The notes under the pieces were generated by a model, which did no database searches, was not told the origin of the DNA, and saw only the letters and a list, made by a program, of their open reading frames with translations. Positions 25,510 to 39,342 of a stretch of DNA of 64,000 nucleotides are shown here, one piece after another. The position numbers and the translations under genes are program-made. Every line of letters begins with the position of its first letter. Position 1 is the stretch's first letter. This DNA is from Monocercomonoides exilis PA203 (taxonomy: Eukaryota; Protista; Preaxostyla), in assembly GCA_001643675.2 (NCBI GenBank), contig LSRY02000060.1:124001-188000 (forward strand). The letters are read 5' to 3'.

Positions 25510-26976
25510 CAGAAAAGCGAAGCTCTCCTTCTCCAAGACCTGCACTGCCGCTTCATCCCGTTCTGGTCCCTTTCCAATGCCCAGCACTGGTTCCGTGCGG
25601 AGTTTGCGAATGCGACCGGCTTCCGCTTTCCAGTCAACAGCGGCGATGCTCTTTTGGATGAAGAAGGAGACGAAGGGGACGAAGACTTGTGCAGTGACAT
25701 TTCAGACTTCAGTGGAAGCGATGAAGAAGGAGGAGGAGAAGGAAGAGGTTTTGATGACGAATCAGATGTTGACTGGGACGAAGCATACGGGATGGAGGCG
25801 TTTGCATTGGCGACCGAAGAAGAGAGGAAGAAGAAGAAGAAGAAAGAGCAAAGAGAAGAAGACAACTGGTGGCAGTTTGAGTTCGCATACGACATGAGGG
25901 TGCAGCAGTTCCTGAACGATGTGGTGGCGATGAAGCCAATCACAGATACAGATTTGGCGAATCAGTTCGATGCACTCACAGCAGGAGGAGGTGCTGGTGG
26001 TGCAGCTGGTGGTGCTGTTCAGAACGAAGCTGGCAAGAAAGCAGAGGGAAAAGTGAAAGCTCTGACGCCATCACGAATAAGAGCTGGGTCGAATGTGCTG
26101 TCGCTCATCAGAAAACTGCTGGGGACGCAGCGAAAACTGTGGGCGGTGCCACATTTGTGCCGGAAATTCAACCAAATTCTGGGGAATGAGTATCTTCAGA
26201 TGGAAGCACTGACAAAAGAGAATGCAAACCGGCTCATCCCCGACATCACATACAAACTGGTGAACTTGACAATCAACATGACGCCCCCTTCCATCGACCG
26301 TTTGTTCGTGTGGAACGAAGCTATTCGCACGCAGCTCATCTTCCACGCCTTCAACACACAGCTGGAGGTGTTGGAAGAACACGACGACATGTTCGCCCTC
26401 GTTCAAGACAACGTCAACTCCACAAAGGCACTCACAAACTACCCAAACGCACAAGTCGCTGCCGTCTTCCGCTGCCACCGCCCTGACGACGAGTACCGTT
26501 TTGTGCCTTGTTCGCAGCTGCAGAACCGGCTTTATCTGTGGCACGGCTCACCCAACACGTCGTGGCTGTCTATTTTGTCTCAAGGATTGCAGTCACCAGG
26601 TGAGCTGAGTGTGACGTCGAGGGGGGAGGCAGACAAACAGAACTATGGTGTGTTCTTTGGGGACATGTATGCGAAGGCGTTCTGCTATTCGATGAAGAAA
26701 GGTGCGCCTCCTTCGCAGACGGTGACATTAGCCCTGTGTGAGGTGGCACTGGGTGATGAATACAAACGAGGGGCAGCTGTTCAGGCCAAAGGATACTATC
26801 ACCACAGAGTGTATGGGACGATGACTCCTGACAAGACGAAGTTTGTGCGGCTGGAAAAGGGGCTGGCGATGCCAATGGGTCCGGAAAATGCAGCGGCAGG
26901 GAGGGTTTATAATGAGTATATTGTGCACAAACCAGAGCAGATTATTATCAGATATCTTGTGCGTGTCCATTTGTGA
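24346..26976 (+). CDS. PARP-family ADP-ribosyltransferase (degenerate WGR + regulatory HD + catalytic domain); 5' end uncertain
   Basis: LWHGS..ILSQGL, GVFFGD..KAFCY, LCEVALG, YNEYIV..IRYLV; HD-like LTPSRIRAG..LCRKFNQIL; WGR-like FHKMQLI..YYVFHLWR; introns 25035-25184 and 25325-25512. Confidence 0.88.
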
Positions 26977-27953
26977 TGGTGATTCTGTTTCTATTTCCAT
27001 TTCTATTCCTTTCTATTTATCTTTTTTTTTTTTGGAAAATAAAAATAATTGTGGATTTACAAATGAAATTTTATGTGTTTTTGCTTGGTTTTTTTTTTTT
27101 TTTTCCCTCCTTTTTGCAAAATTTTTCTTTAAGATTTCTTATTTTTGATGAAAGGTTTGGAAATATTTAAGCCTTTTTTTCTTTTTGTTTGTTAACGCGT
27201 TCATCCTCATATAACTTGGATATGATTCAATAGTTTCATAACATTGCAGCATTGATATTGCCTTATTTTTTTTTCCAAATACAAAAAATAAATATGAGAC
27301 ACTTTTATATTATGGAAGACAAACTAATCAACGGAGGAGTAAACAATACACCTCAACATCGAATTAAAAAAGCATACCTCTCAATGAAAATTTTATTCCA
27401 TATAAATTCCTCATTCATAAGAACAAATCTAAACAGAACTATGCATAATGGGAAAAAAAATCTAATTGCAGAAAAACATATACCATTGTAAATGCATTAA
27501 GTATAAATAGAATTCATAGCACATAAATATGTAATTAAACAAGCACAAACAACAAGAACAGCAACATAAAAAAAAAAAAAAACAACATTTTTAAATGGAA
27601 AGTTAAATTTGTTATAATCATCTCAAATAACATATTTCCCTCAAATAACAGTCCAGACAAACAATTCATAATCCCGTTGATGTGTAACCGAAAATGAAAA
27701 CAAAAAAAAAATTAGGGGAATAATCAAACAGATAAAACAATCCTGTAATATCAATACGGTTTATTAAAAAAAAAAAGGTTCGCATTTATAAAATTTGATT
27801 AAATAAACTGAAACCTAAAAAATTAACCAAAAAACTAATCAAACAAAATAAAATCCTAATAAAATATTTTCATAAAAAGTTATGATTATGTTCAAAAATG
27901 AAAGAAAAGAAGAGAAGAGAAGAGAAAAAAGATGAAACAAAACTCCATAATCT

Positions 27954-30900
27954 TCAAAACCCTCCTCTTCTGTTGATTCTTCTCTTCTTCACCACAAGAT
28001 GCCCCTTCATCAGCGACTGCGGTTTGTTTGTCAGCCATTTTGTGCCCTTGTGAAATCTGCTCATCAAACTGGACAAAACATCACTGCCAAACTCCCTCTT
28101 CAAAAAAGAGTAAGCAATCAGCGGAAGGACACCCACAATGACACAGAGCAATAAACAGAGCCAGTTGATTGAAGAGCCCATCGAATGAAAAAGCTCAAAG
28201 AAATACGATTTGCTGAGGCGGAAGACGAGAGAGGCGGTGGACATAAACAGAACATAGAGAAGAAACGCAGATGCATGAAGGAGGTGGTTGATGATGGTCC
28301 AGTAACTGGAGGAGATGGGGTGGAGGGATTAGGAGAAGAAGAATGGATAAATGAAAAGAGAATATGGAAAAAAAGAAAGAATAAATTTGATATAATAATT
28401 AAAAAATTTTAAAAATATTATATTTATTTAGGTTTAATCCACATAAACTTCTTTTTCTTTTTTCTTTCTTTCTCTTTCTTTCTCTCTCATTTTCCTTTTC
28501 ATACCAAGTCGTCCACGCAATTGTGATTGTCACCAGCACAATCGACGCGTTTGTGACATAACTGCCCATCACCCACAATCCGTCTATTTCCGGCCCAAAA
28601 TGCACTTCCCCATATTTAATTCCAATCGCCGCGGAGAAATACGACAATACTCCGTGGAATATTCCGAGAACCGCCCAGCCGGCAACGGCCCAAATTGTGT
28701 AATGTTTGCCGGCGCCGGTGCTGGCTGAGCGGAAAGCGGAAGGGTGCTGTTCAAACAGCCAGTCGGGGGCTTCTTTGTCCAAAATGGCGACAGCAGCGAT
28801 GGGAAGAGAGGTGAAGATGGTATTGAAAAGTGTGGTGTACCAAGAGTCGTACAGGATTTGGAGAGAAAAAGCAGAATAAAACAAGAAAATGAACGAAGGC
28901 GTGAGAAACGCGAAGTTTTTGTAGATGGAATATTTGATGAGTTTTGCCAGTCGGTACATGTTATTTCTCCCATGCACCACAATCAACCTCTTCACAAATC
29001 GGAATTTTGCGAGGGCGAAATCAGCCACTTGCGAAGCTTGTGCACCTTCGAGTCCTCTTATTCCCACGCCGACGTGTGCTTCTTTGATCATTGAGACATC
29101 ATTTGCACCATCGCCTATGGCAAGTGTGGTGACTCGGCGGTGGGTCTTGACCATGCGAAGGATTAAAGCCTGGGGATGGATAGAGGGATGTGAGAAGAGA
29201 AAGAGAAAGAGAAAGAGAAAGAGAAAGAGATAGAGATAGAGAGAAAGAGAAAGAGAAAGAGAAAGAGAGAAATAAATAAAGAAGAAGAAGAAAAGTAAAA
29301 ACATTCAAAAATAAATTAATAATCAAAACCTTCTGCATTGGAGCAATTCTACAGCATATAACAGAGACACAGCATTCAGCCAGCAGCAAAAAAAGAGAAA
29401 TAAAAGTTTCAGACGAGACAATCATGTTGATCACTGTCCCATCCACAACAAGAGCTGCATGTTTTGTTATTTGCGTGCTATTTTCATTGAATTCAAAAGA
29501 AGAAAGAATTTTTTCCTTCTTATTTTTTCCTCTTTCTCTTTCTCTTTTTTTCTTTCTCCTTTTCTTTTCCTTCTCCTTCTCCTTCTCCTTCTCCTTCTCC
29601 TTCTCCTTCTCCTTCTCCTTCGTCATTTTCCACTTAATTTTGCATTCCTTCATCTCCTTCTCGACTTCTTCATCATTCAAAACCTCTTTCCATTTCTTGT
29701 CTTTCTTCAAAATATTTTTGATTTCTGTTTGCGAAACACCAAATTGGCACAGCAACATTATCATCTTCAGCAGCAGAGAGAAACAAAGTGCATCTTCTGA
29801 TTCATTTTCAGGGGAAGAGGAGGAGGAAGAGGAAGAGGAAGAGGAAGAGGAAGAAGAAAATGAAGAAGAAGAAGAAGAAATTGAGTTTTTCTTTGAAACT
29901 TTCTTGTTTTCTTTTGGAATTAAAGGCTCACTTAATGAAGATTTGCGTCTATTGTCAGCATCTTCATCGAATTTCAATGAAGAATCCAATGAAAACTCTT
30001 TTTTATTCTCCTTCATTTGAACAGAGCAACCAACTTCATCATCTTCTTTCCCTGAATCCAAAGTGGAAGATGAAGAAGAAGAAGAAGAAGAAGAAGAAGA
30101 AGAAGACAATCTTTTTTCCGTGCTTCTTCTCCTCTCCTTCGTCAACCTCCTCAGATTCCTCCTCTTCTGCTGCAGTTTTGCCTGCTTCTCCACAGTCAGT
30201 GCAGGAGAGGTGAGATAAACAGGGTCTGTGTTCTGGTGGAGCAGGTGACATGCATACCCAACATTCACTGCTGTGTCTATCTTGTCCCCAGTGAGGATCC
30301 AGATGCGGATGCCACACTGGGAAATAGAAAGGAAAGAAGGAGAAAGAGAAGGAAGAAAGGAAGAATATTTATTGAAAGAATGATAATGATAATTATAATT
30401 GAATTAATGAAACATAAATAGAATTGATTCAAAAGCAAAATACAAAAAAAGAATTTAAATCTTCTTTCTTTCTTCTTCTCTCCCTCCATCTCCTTCACAC
30501 CTCCGTCAGAAACTCCACCGTCTCCGCACATTCATCCTGCAGCTTGTCTTCCACTCCTGTGCACCCCACCAGCTCCAAGTTCCTCTCCAGCCGCCCAAAC
30601 GACGCCTCAATTTTCTCCTCCCTCTTCTCCATCGCTGCCTCTGCTTTCCTTTGCCCTTTCATCCACACTGCAAAATCCTCTTCATTTATCGTCTTTGTGC
30701 AGACAACAAGTGTTCTCAGCCCTTCTCTTGAGAAGGAGTCAACATCTTGGCACACTTTTTCGTGGGTCATTGATTGGCAATGGAGGCATTCGGTGTATGC
30801 AGAATAGGATGTGCGAAGAGAGGAAATTAATTGGGGAGAGAATGAGAAAGAAGAGGAAGAGGAAGAGGAGGAGGAGGAGGAAGAGGATGATAATGATGAT

Positions 30901-33900
30901 GAAGATGAAGTTGGTGGAGTAGCTAATAAAGAAGGAGGAGATAAAGAAGAAGAAGAAGAAGAAGACGAAGAAAAGTTATTTTTCAAAGCAGAATTTGGAA
31001 AAGAAGTGACTTTTGGCGAAAGAACAGAGGCAACTGGAGAGCCAAAGTTCTGTTTGAGAAGAGGAGGAGTAGCGATTGGTGCAAAGGCACCACCAAACAC
31101 AGAAGTTGGAAGGAAAGAGGAAGAGGAAGAGGAAGAAAATGAAGAAGAGGAAGTGTTTGATTGCTTTAGAGGTTGACGAAGCGATGACCAATAAAATGTT
31201 TGAGGAATATTTCTCGAAGAAGAAAAAGAAGAACTTGAAGATGAATTATTTGAAGAAGAAGCAAAAGAAAATGAAAATTGAGGAGTTTGAGGGTTATTTG
31301 GAGATAAACTAGACAAACTCAGTTTGTCTGCTTCAACAGCAGTTGGCTCAATGTAAGGCTCACTTATTTGTGTTTGCCTGTTTTCCTCAAAAAACAAGGT
31401 GTAATCATCAACTCCCCAAAACTCATCAGATAATTCATCATCGTCTTCTTCTTCTTCTTCTTCTTTGTTTTCTCCTTTATCTTCATTGTTCTTTTCTTTC
31501 TCTTTCTCTTCTTTTCCTCTTTCTTCTCTTTCTTTTTGTTTGTTTCCAGTGTATCCTTCTTCCAATGGATTGTTCTGCTGTGTGTCTGAAAGCACCTCCC
31601 TCACAAACGCCAAATCCTCTGGTGAAAGTTGGCTTTCCATCATTTCTCTGTTTCTTCTTTCTCTTTCTTCTCTTTCTCTTTCTTCTCCTCCTCTTTCTCC
31701 TTCTCCTTCTCCTCTTTCCTCCCCAACCCCCATCATCTTCCTAATTGCCTCTCTAATCATCCTCCTCACCCTCCCCTTCCTCCTCTGCACCCTCTCTTTG
31801 GAAGTCATGCAAAGAGGCAAGAGAGCATTGTCTGCTCCTTTGCTGTACAACCTGATCGACCCATCAGGCAGCCTCACCACAACACTCATCCTTCTCCTCT
31901 CTGAAGAAAACGGAAGAGAAGCAAGAATCTCAAAGCGCAAGGGAAGGCCAGCCACATCAACATCAGCGTGGAGAAGAGAGCGGGAGACGAAAGAGAGCTT
32001 GGCAGAGGAAAGACTGTTGAGAAGAGCGATTTCATCGGGGGAGGTGGATTGGTAGGTGAGAGGGGAGAGAGAAGAAGAAGAGGAAGAGGAAGAAGTGGAA
32101 GAAGAAGGGAAAAGAGGAGGTAGAATGGAAGAGGAAGCGGAAGAAAGAATGGATAAAGGAGCAGAAGAAACAGAAGAAACAGAAGATGAAGAAGAAGTTG
32201 AAGATACAGAAGAAGAGTCCAAGTTCGCAACAATTGGAGAAGAAGGGTTGAAATGAAAGGGGTAGTTCAAAGGAGATCCAACAGAAACAGAAGCAGAAGG
32301 AGGAGAAGGAGGTGGAGGAGGAGAAAGAGGAACATCTGAGTTGATCGATTGAGGAAAAGAATCGCAAAATTCATTGAAATTGCTTTTGTTTTTGTCATTT
32401 TTGGAATTTTTATTGTTGTTTTTCCTGTTTTGCTGCAAAGAAAGCGAAGAAAAACTGCCAAAAGACGAAGAATCGTTTGGCTCTTCCGCCTCCAAATCAA
32501 ACGGAGACGCAAAATGCGTCTCAAATTCGTTTTTCCCCTCAAAATCTGCATTTAAAGAAAGCAATTGACTCAAATTCTGCTCAAAATACATTTTCCTTCC
32601 CACCTCCATACCTATTGTCCTCTTCTCCCCCTTCGCCTTTTGCGAAGGGGTAGAAAGCAGCTTCTGCAACACAGCTGAAATTCCTTTTTTCCTTTTTCTC
32701 TGTTTTAATTGCGTGTTTTTCAAGTTGTTGTTCATTTCGGGGACGCCATCGTGGCACAAAAGAAGGCAGTTGATGAAGTGGAAGGAGTTGTATTCAGAAG
32801 AGCCTGGAAGAAGGAGAAGATGAGAGAGAGAAGAGGAAGAAGAGGAAGAAGAGGAAGAAGAGGAAGAAGAGGAAGAAAGGGAAGAGGAAGAAAAGGGAGA
32901 AGAGGAGGGAAAAGAAGAAGAAGAGGAGGAGGAGGAAGAATCGATTGGTGATTGAATTGGAGGTGAAAGAGGATAAATGGAAGAAGAAGAAGAAGGAGAA
33001 GGAGAAGGAGAGGTTGATGAAGAAGAGCTAAGAGGGAAAGGAGGAAGAGGAGGAGAAGAGGAAGAAGAGGAAGAATTTAAACTTGAACGAGCAAGCAACA
33101 CACTACGAACTGCGATTGAAGCTGAATTGTGAGGTGAATTCGAAGAAGAAGAAGAAGGAAGAGAAGAAGAAGAAGAAGAAGAAGAAGATGTTGATAGAAA
33201 ATCATTAGAATCTTCATTTCCTTCCTCGTTTCTCTCTCCCTTTTTGTTCTTTTGCAGCTCAAAAGCAGAAAACTTCAATTGCACTTTTGAAAGCCCACTA
33301 AAACACAGTTCTTCATCTTCGCCCAAATCAAATGAAACTGTTTTGTTTCTCTTTTTCTGCTTTTTTTCTTCGCTTTCAATCGAATTTTTGATTTTTTCTT
33401 GTTGAAAAATTGCATTTTTTCTTTCTTCTTCATCATCTTCATCTTTTTCTTCATCAATTTCTTCTTCATCTCCTTCTTTCTCTCTCCTTCTCTCTTTCGT
33501 TCCATTTCTTTTCTCTTTCATTCTTCTTGCTAATGTAGGCTCAATTGGCTGTTTAAGTGAAGAAATTACAGAAGAAGAAGGAGAAGGAGGAGAAAGAGGA
33601 GGCGAATATGGAGGAGTTTCTATTTGATTGTGAATGGCATGAGAAGAAGGAGAAGAGGAAGAAGGAGAGGAAGAAGAAGAATTAAATGAAGAAGAAGGAG
33701 AAGAGGAGGAAGAGGAAGAAGAAGAAGAAAATATTTGAGGAGGTGTATTTTGCGAAGGAGAAGATGGGATGTGGAAAATTCTTCTTAAAATAGACAGATG
33801 AAGAGAAACATAAGAGTCAGCAAGAGAAGAGAAAGGAAGAGAATTATCAAATGGAGAAGAAGAAGAAGAAGAAGAAGAAGAAGAGGAGGAGGAGGAGGAG

Positions 33901-34434
33901 GAGGAGGAAGAAGAAGAAGAAGAAGAAGAAGAAGAAGAAGGTGATAAAGGAGAAGGAGGAAGAGGAGGGGTAGAAGAAGAAGATAATGAAGCAGAAGAAG
34001 GAGACGAAGAAAGGAAAGAAAAAGGCTTTTTCAAAGAAGAAGAAGAAGAAGAAGAAGAAGAAGAATCAATAACATCAGTAAATGTGGCTAATGTATCAAC
34101 CGACTTAATTGTGCAAAGATCGCTTTCAATTTCATCTTTGTCTTTGTTTTCTTCATTTTCCCCTTCTTTTTTCCCTTCTTTTTCCTCTTTTTCCTTCTCA
34201 TTTCTGTTTAAATTTTGAATTTTCTTTGTTTTTTTGTTTGTTTTATTTTCGACTTTAACTTTTGGGCAATCAAAAATATTTCCTCCGACTGAACACAATT
34301 TGAACTCCATCACATTTGCTGTCAATGTCCCTGTCTTGTCAGAGAAGATGTGTTGCACCTGAGAAGAAGAGAAGAGAAGAGAAGAGAAGAAGGAAGGAAG
34401 GAAGGAAGGAAGGAAGGAAGGAAGGAAGGAAGGA

Positions 34435-34474
<40 letters not shown>

Positions 34475-36625
34475 AAATGATGAATAATAAATTAAATAAC
34501 AGAAAATGAAAAAAAAAAGATAAAAAATTTTTTATTTTACAAAATAACATCGCAATATTTTTGTTCATTCCTAAATATATTCAAATAAATAAATAAAAAC
34601 TTCCCTTCTTCTTCTTCTCTTCTCTTCTTTCTTTCTTTCTTTCTTTCTCTCCCTCTCTCTTCTCAAACACTCACTTTATCGCTTTATCACCTTACACCCA
34701 TCAATAACCCCTTCACTTCTCCCTCACAATCCCCTCACAACATCCACACCATTCCCAGTTCTTCATTCAGCGTGGATGTTCGTACATTCATCCTTCCCTC
34801 TTCTCCCCTCTTCGCATCAAACATCTTCGTGTCCCACTCCAAAAAGATCGACTGGATAAAACGTGTCACTTCCAGCGAAACAAACAGAGAGATTGGAATG
34901 AGGTAGGAAAAGAAGACAAAAAAGGCGATGATGTTCAAGAAAAAGGAGGAAATGTTGCGATGTTTGAGGAAGAGATACGGATGGGTCATGCCTGGGGAAT
35001 TCTGGAGAGGAGGAAAAAGAGAGAGAGAGAGAGTAGAGAAGAGAAAAGAAGAGAAGAGAAGAGAAAGAAATGAATAAATAAATAAATAAATATGTATAAA
35101 TATTAAAAAAAAAGTTAATGTTAAACAATATTATATAAATAACTCAGTCTATTATAAAAATCATAAAAATCGTTTATTGTATTTCTCTTTCTCTTCCTCT
35201 CTCTTTCTCTCTCTTTCTCTCTCTCCCACACATTCCACCACAGCGCCGCCACATTCGACCCCACAATCAGACAGAACATCGCTGCCATCAGAAATCCCAC
35301 GGTGTAATTGAGTTTTCTGTCTAAAGTGGATAAAGAAGACGGTCTTGTCTGTGAATTCAGCTGGACTTTACTCTCGTTCCCTGTGTAGACAACAAGCCCC
35401 ACCGCATTCGGAGTGCATTTCATTGAGCAGCCCTTTAGAAGCAGCTGGACAGGGGTGATGGAGCATTCTGTGCTGTCTTTGCTTTCTTTCTCATTTTTGA
35501 CATCTTTTTTTGATTTGAAATACTTGTCATTTTGAATGTTTTGAATGTTTTGATTGTTTTGCATGGTTTTCTCTCCAAATTCTGATTGCAATTCTTCCTC
35601 TTTCGAATAACTTGGTGGTGAATACTGCATAATTTGCGAGTTGTTCAACAAAACATCGCAATTTTCCTGCTTCGAAGGCTCAATCACAAATTTAGCTGCA
35701 AACTGGTTCAAATTTCTGTTCGGCGCTTGAAAAGTTATTTCTCCGCGGAGTTTTTTCAGCTGCTTTATTAAAGATTCCTCATCCAAAACTTGCTTAGCTT
35801 TCACATTTTGCGAAGGCAAAGAAGCATTGTCTTCGTGCTCATCAGGTTTTGACTCAGGGTTTAAAAACTGCATTCGACCTGAAATTTTGAGATGATAAAA
35901 ATGCGATATCAAATTATATGGAAAAAATTATTTATTTAAAAGGTTTTTAAAAAATTAATGTATACACACCAACAATATCAAGGATAGATGGATGAGCTCT
36001 TTTAACTTTCAAGTTTGTCTCTCCATCTAAATTCATCGTATTGACATATGCTGTTCCGTTTTCTTCAGTTGAAGTAATAAGAACAATGTCAGCAGGGATC
36101 TCGTCATTTCTATTTGGTTAGATTGAAATGAAATTGTTAAAATCATTCTAAATTTAGAAAAGCATACGCTGATATAAGTACAAAATCTCCGACACTCAGT
36201 TTTTGTGTTTGTATAGTCTCAAATTTTGAGTTCCGCAAAGCTCTGACAGGCTTTTGATTTGTTTTTTTATCAGTTTTATGGCGTAAGTAATCTTCGTAAG
36301 CATCTTTCAGAGCACCCACAGAAAATATGAAAATAATAGGTAAAACTGCAGTAACTGGGTTATATACATTAACTCCAGGTCTTATGCGAGACATGCATAT
36401 CGAAAAATTGCAATTATTTTATCAATAAAAAGATACATACAGCAGGTTCATGCACATTGATATCAAAAAATAAAAATTTGACACTTTCCTTAGTTGCTCA
36501 AAAAGGTTTTTCGGTATAAAATTCCACCATGTATATTTTGACGTTTTTATTCTATTATCACAGAACTGTTTCTTGGGTAGTGGTTGATGGCATGCAAATG
36601 ACCTATCTTTAGCTTTGGTGCTCAT
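27954..36625 (-). CDS. P4-type ATPase phospholipid flippase, ~9 exons
   Basis: [54 protein letters not shown]; introns include 35002-35231, 34359-34749, 30317-30500, 29170-29329, 28306-28504. Confidence 0.95.
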
Positions 36626-36749
36626 TTTAATTGCGAATGCTATTGCAATTAAAAGTGATTTGTCAAAAGAAACCAAAAACTTACCAAGAGAAAATTATGA
36701 TAAAAATGAAAAAAGTGAAGGGTTTGATCAATTTAATAAATATGTATTT

Positions 36750-39342
36750 TCAACTTTCAATATCCATTTGCCCAGAATTTTTATTCTCAATATCCATAGC
36801 CGTAGGTAATTCAGCTTCCTGCTGGTCCCAAGCAATTCGTAATGGGCTGTTCGGTGGTCTTTGAGCATCGGACGTGCAAACATCCTCTTCCATTTGTCCG
36901 GAATGCCTGCCGTGTCCACACCCGATTCCTGCACCGCACACGATTGAAGACAATCTCTTTCTCGTCTCTCTTTTCAGTGCAGCCATTTCGCTGCTGTTCT
37001 TCACGAAGCGTATGAGCGGCTTGGGGGCATTTGCGGAATAAGCGCCAAATGCAACAGGAGAAGGAGAAGGCGAAGGCGGAGGCAAACCCGCGTCGAATTG
37101 CAAGAAATGGAATTTTGGGATGATGTGCAGATGCTCCACGTGGCCAGACATCGGAGACGAGTCAGCTGTATGCCCTGTTTCATCACCAGAACCAGAGCCA
37201 TATCCAGAATTATAGCTAGATTCAATCATATTTGAAGAAGAAGAAGAAGAAGAAGATTGAGACATCTCATTCATATCGCTTCCATGGCTTCCCTTCCTCT
37301 GCAGCCCATCTCTTCCTTCTCTTCCTTCTCTCCCCTCCCTCTTCTTCTGTGCCCTATCAAACCTCAGATGCGCCACTGCTCCCTTGTTGATCCAGCCGGA
37401 ATAGTGAGCAGAGGAGAACACAGTCACACACCTCCCTTCCTGCATCACCTCAAACCCTTTCATCTTCGCCTCGTGCGAGCGGACGATGCACCGCAGGCCG
37501 CAGCGGTCGAGGAAGGCGTTGCTGATCGACTGGTCAAAAAGATACGTGCCTTGGCCTCGCTGGCTGCGGCGGGCTGGAGAATAAGGAGAAGCAGGGGAAG
37601 AAGGAGAAGGTGGGGATGAAGGGGATAATTGGTTGTGTGACAATGAAGAAGAAGAAGAAGAGGAATGAGAAGGAGAAGAAGGCGAAGGCGGCGACTGGCT
37701 AAGCATCTGCTTCAGCAGCAGGCGGGGGGACAGCATCGGATGCTCCAGTGAGGGCGGCTGCGAAGTTGGGTCGTTCCAAAGCACTTGGTGCATAATTCGT
37801 GTGGTGCGCAGAGAAGATGAGCGATCTCTACCAATCATCGCGGGCTCTGCTCCGCCAGACACGAGCTGCTGGGCAACGGGGTTAAGATACGTGTCTTGGC
37901 CTTCTGATTCTTCTCCTCCTTGTTCTCCTTCTCTCTTCTCAACTTCTTTCTCATCCATCTCACTTATTCCTCTCTCTCCTCCTCCTCTTCCATTCGCAGA
38001 CACAGAAGACACATAATTCGCCTGCATCCCATTCGGCTCCCCTTTCCCCATCTCTTCTCCTCCTCTTCTTTCTCCTCCTTCTCTTTCTCTTTCTCCTCTT
38101 TCTCCTTCTCCTTCTCCATCTCCCCAGCTCGCCTCTGCCAGCCTGTGCCTCTTCCTCAGAATCTCAAACGTGTCCACACGCGCCACATCCGCCAGGCTCA
38201 GCCGTGGGTCGTCGATTCCCTCCGTCCCGCTGATCGGCAGCCCGCCGTGCACAAAGAACACTCCACGGCCGATGAGCGGGTCGTATCCAAAGAGCGATGC
38301 AGACACAAGATTGACGGGGGTGCAGATTGGTGAGGCGTTGGGGGTGAAGAGGAGAGAGGGAGAGGGCGGCTGGCTCGACGGGGAGGGCAGGCTGGGGGCT
38401 GCAGTGGAAGAGGAGAAGAAGAAAGGCGAAAGAGGGGGGAGGGGGGAGGGGATGGTGGGGCTTGGAGCTGACTGAGAATTTGGAGAGTTTTGGGTGTGTG
38501 CGGATGATCGGATAGAGTTCGGGGGAGGTGTTGTTGGCTTTAGCTTTGATGGCGACCAGCCAGCAGGAAGAGGAGGTTGTGGAGCATTTGAAGAGCCAAC
38601 CAATGAAGATGGAAGAAGGGTGGTGTTGACAATATCAATTGAAGGGTAAACGACAGCAGCAAGAGGTAATGAGAAAAACACATGTAGAAAACAGTTGTAA
38701 ACGTTTGTTGCTGAATAAAAATCCATTTCATCGTCTTCATCCGAAACAAATGAATATTTAGTAATTATTTCTTGGTAAAATCCGAAGTTCTTATGCAAAA
38801 GTGGCTCGGTTTCGTGATTGCCCATCAAGAGATGAACATAATTTGGATATAACAACTTATATGCACAAAGTAATATAAAAACTTCCACTCCATTTGTGCC
38901 GCGATCAACATAATCTCCAAGAAACAAATATGGATTTGTTGGAGACGGAAGACCATTAAGTAAAAAAATGGACATTAAACTCTCAAAATTACCATGTAAA
39001 TCCCCAACGATCGTAAAAGGAATTTTGTCAATGGACTTTGAATTCTTTTTACTTGATATGGGGTATAAAAGACGTATAATTGTCTCCTGATCCTTCAGGA
39101 GTTGGCGAGTTTTATGAAGAATTGAAATCACATCTTTTTCGGGAATTGTACAACCAGAAAGTATTGCTTCACTAAGCTGTGTAAGCTGCTCAAGAGTTGT
39201 TGGAGGAAAAGAATCAAGTGTAGGTCTTGGCTGCAGTATTTTCTCTTGAGGTGAGAATCCTAAATTTAATTTGAATTTATGAATCAAAAACAAAAAGCAA
39301 TAGCAAACTGTCTGAAAACAATGATGCGAGCCGATGCATCAT
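36750..39342 (-). CDS. PPP-family Ser/Thr phosphatase (PP5/PP7/PPEF-like catalytic domain) with inserts
   Basis: GDLHG, GDYVDRG, GNHE, VHGG, WNDP, RSHE, FSSAHY; probable short first exon with intron 39260-39308. Confidence 0.9.

Noticed and set aside
29424-33505. Many antisense and alternate-frame poly-E/K/L ORFs
   Set aside because: Shadows of stop-poor GAA/TCT repeats inside the flippase gene
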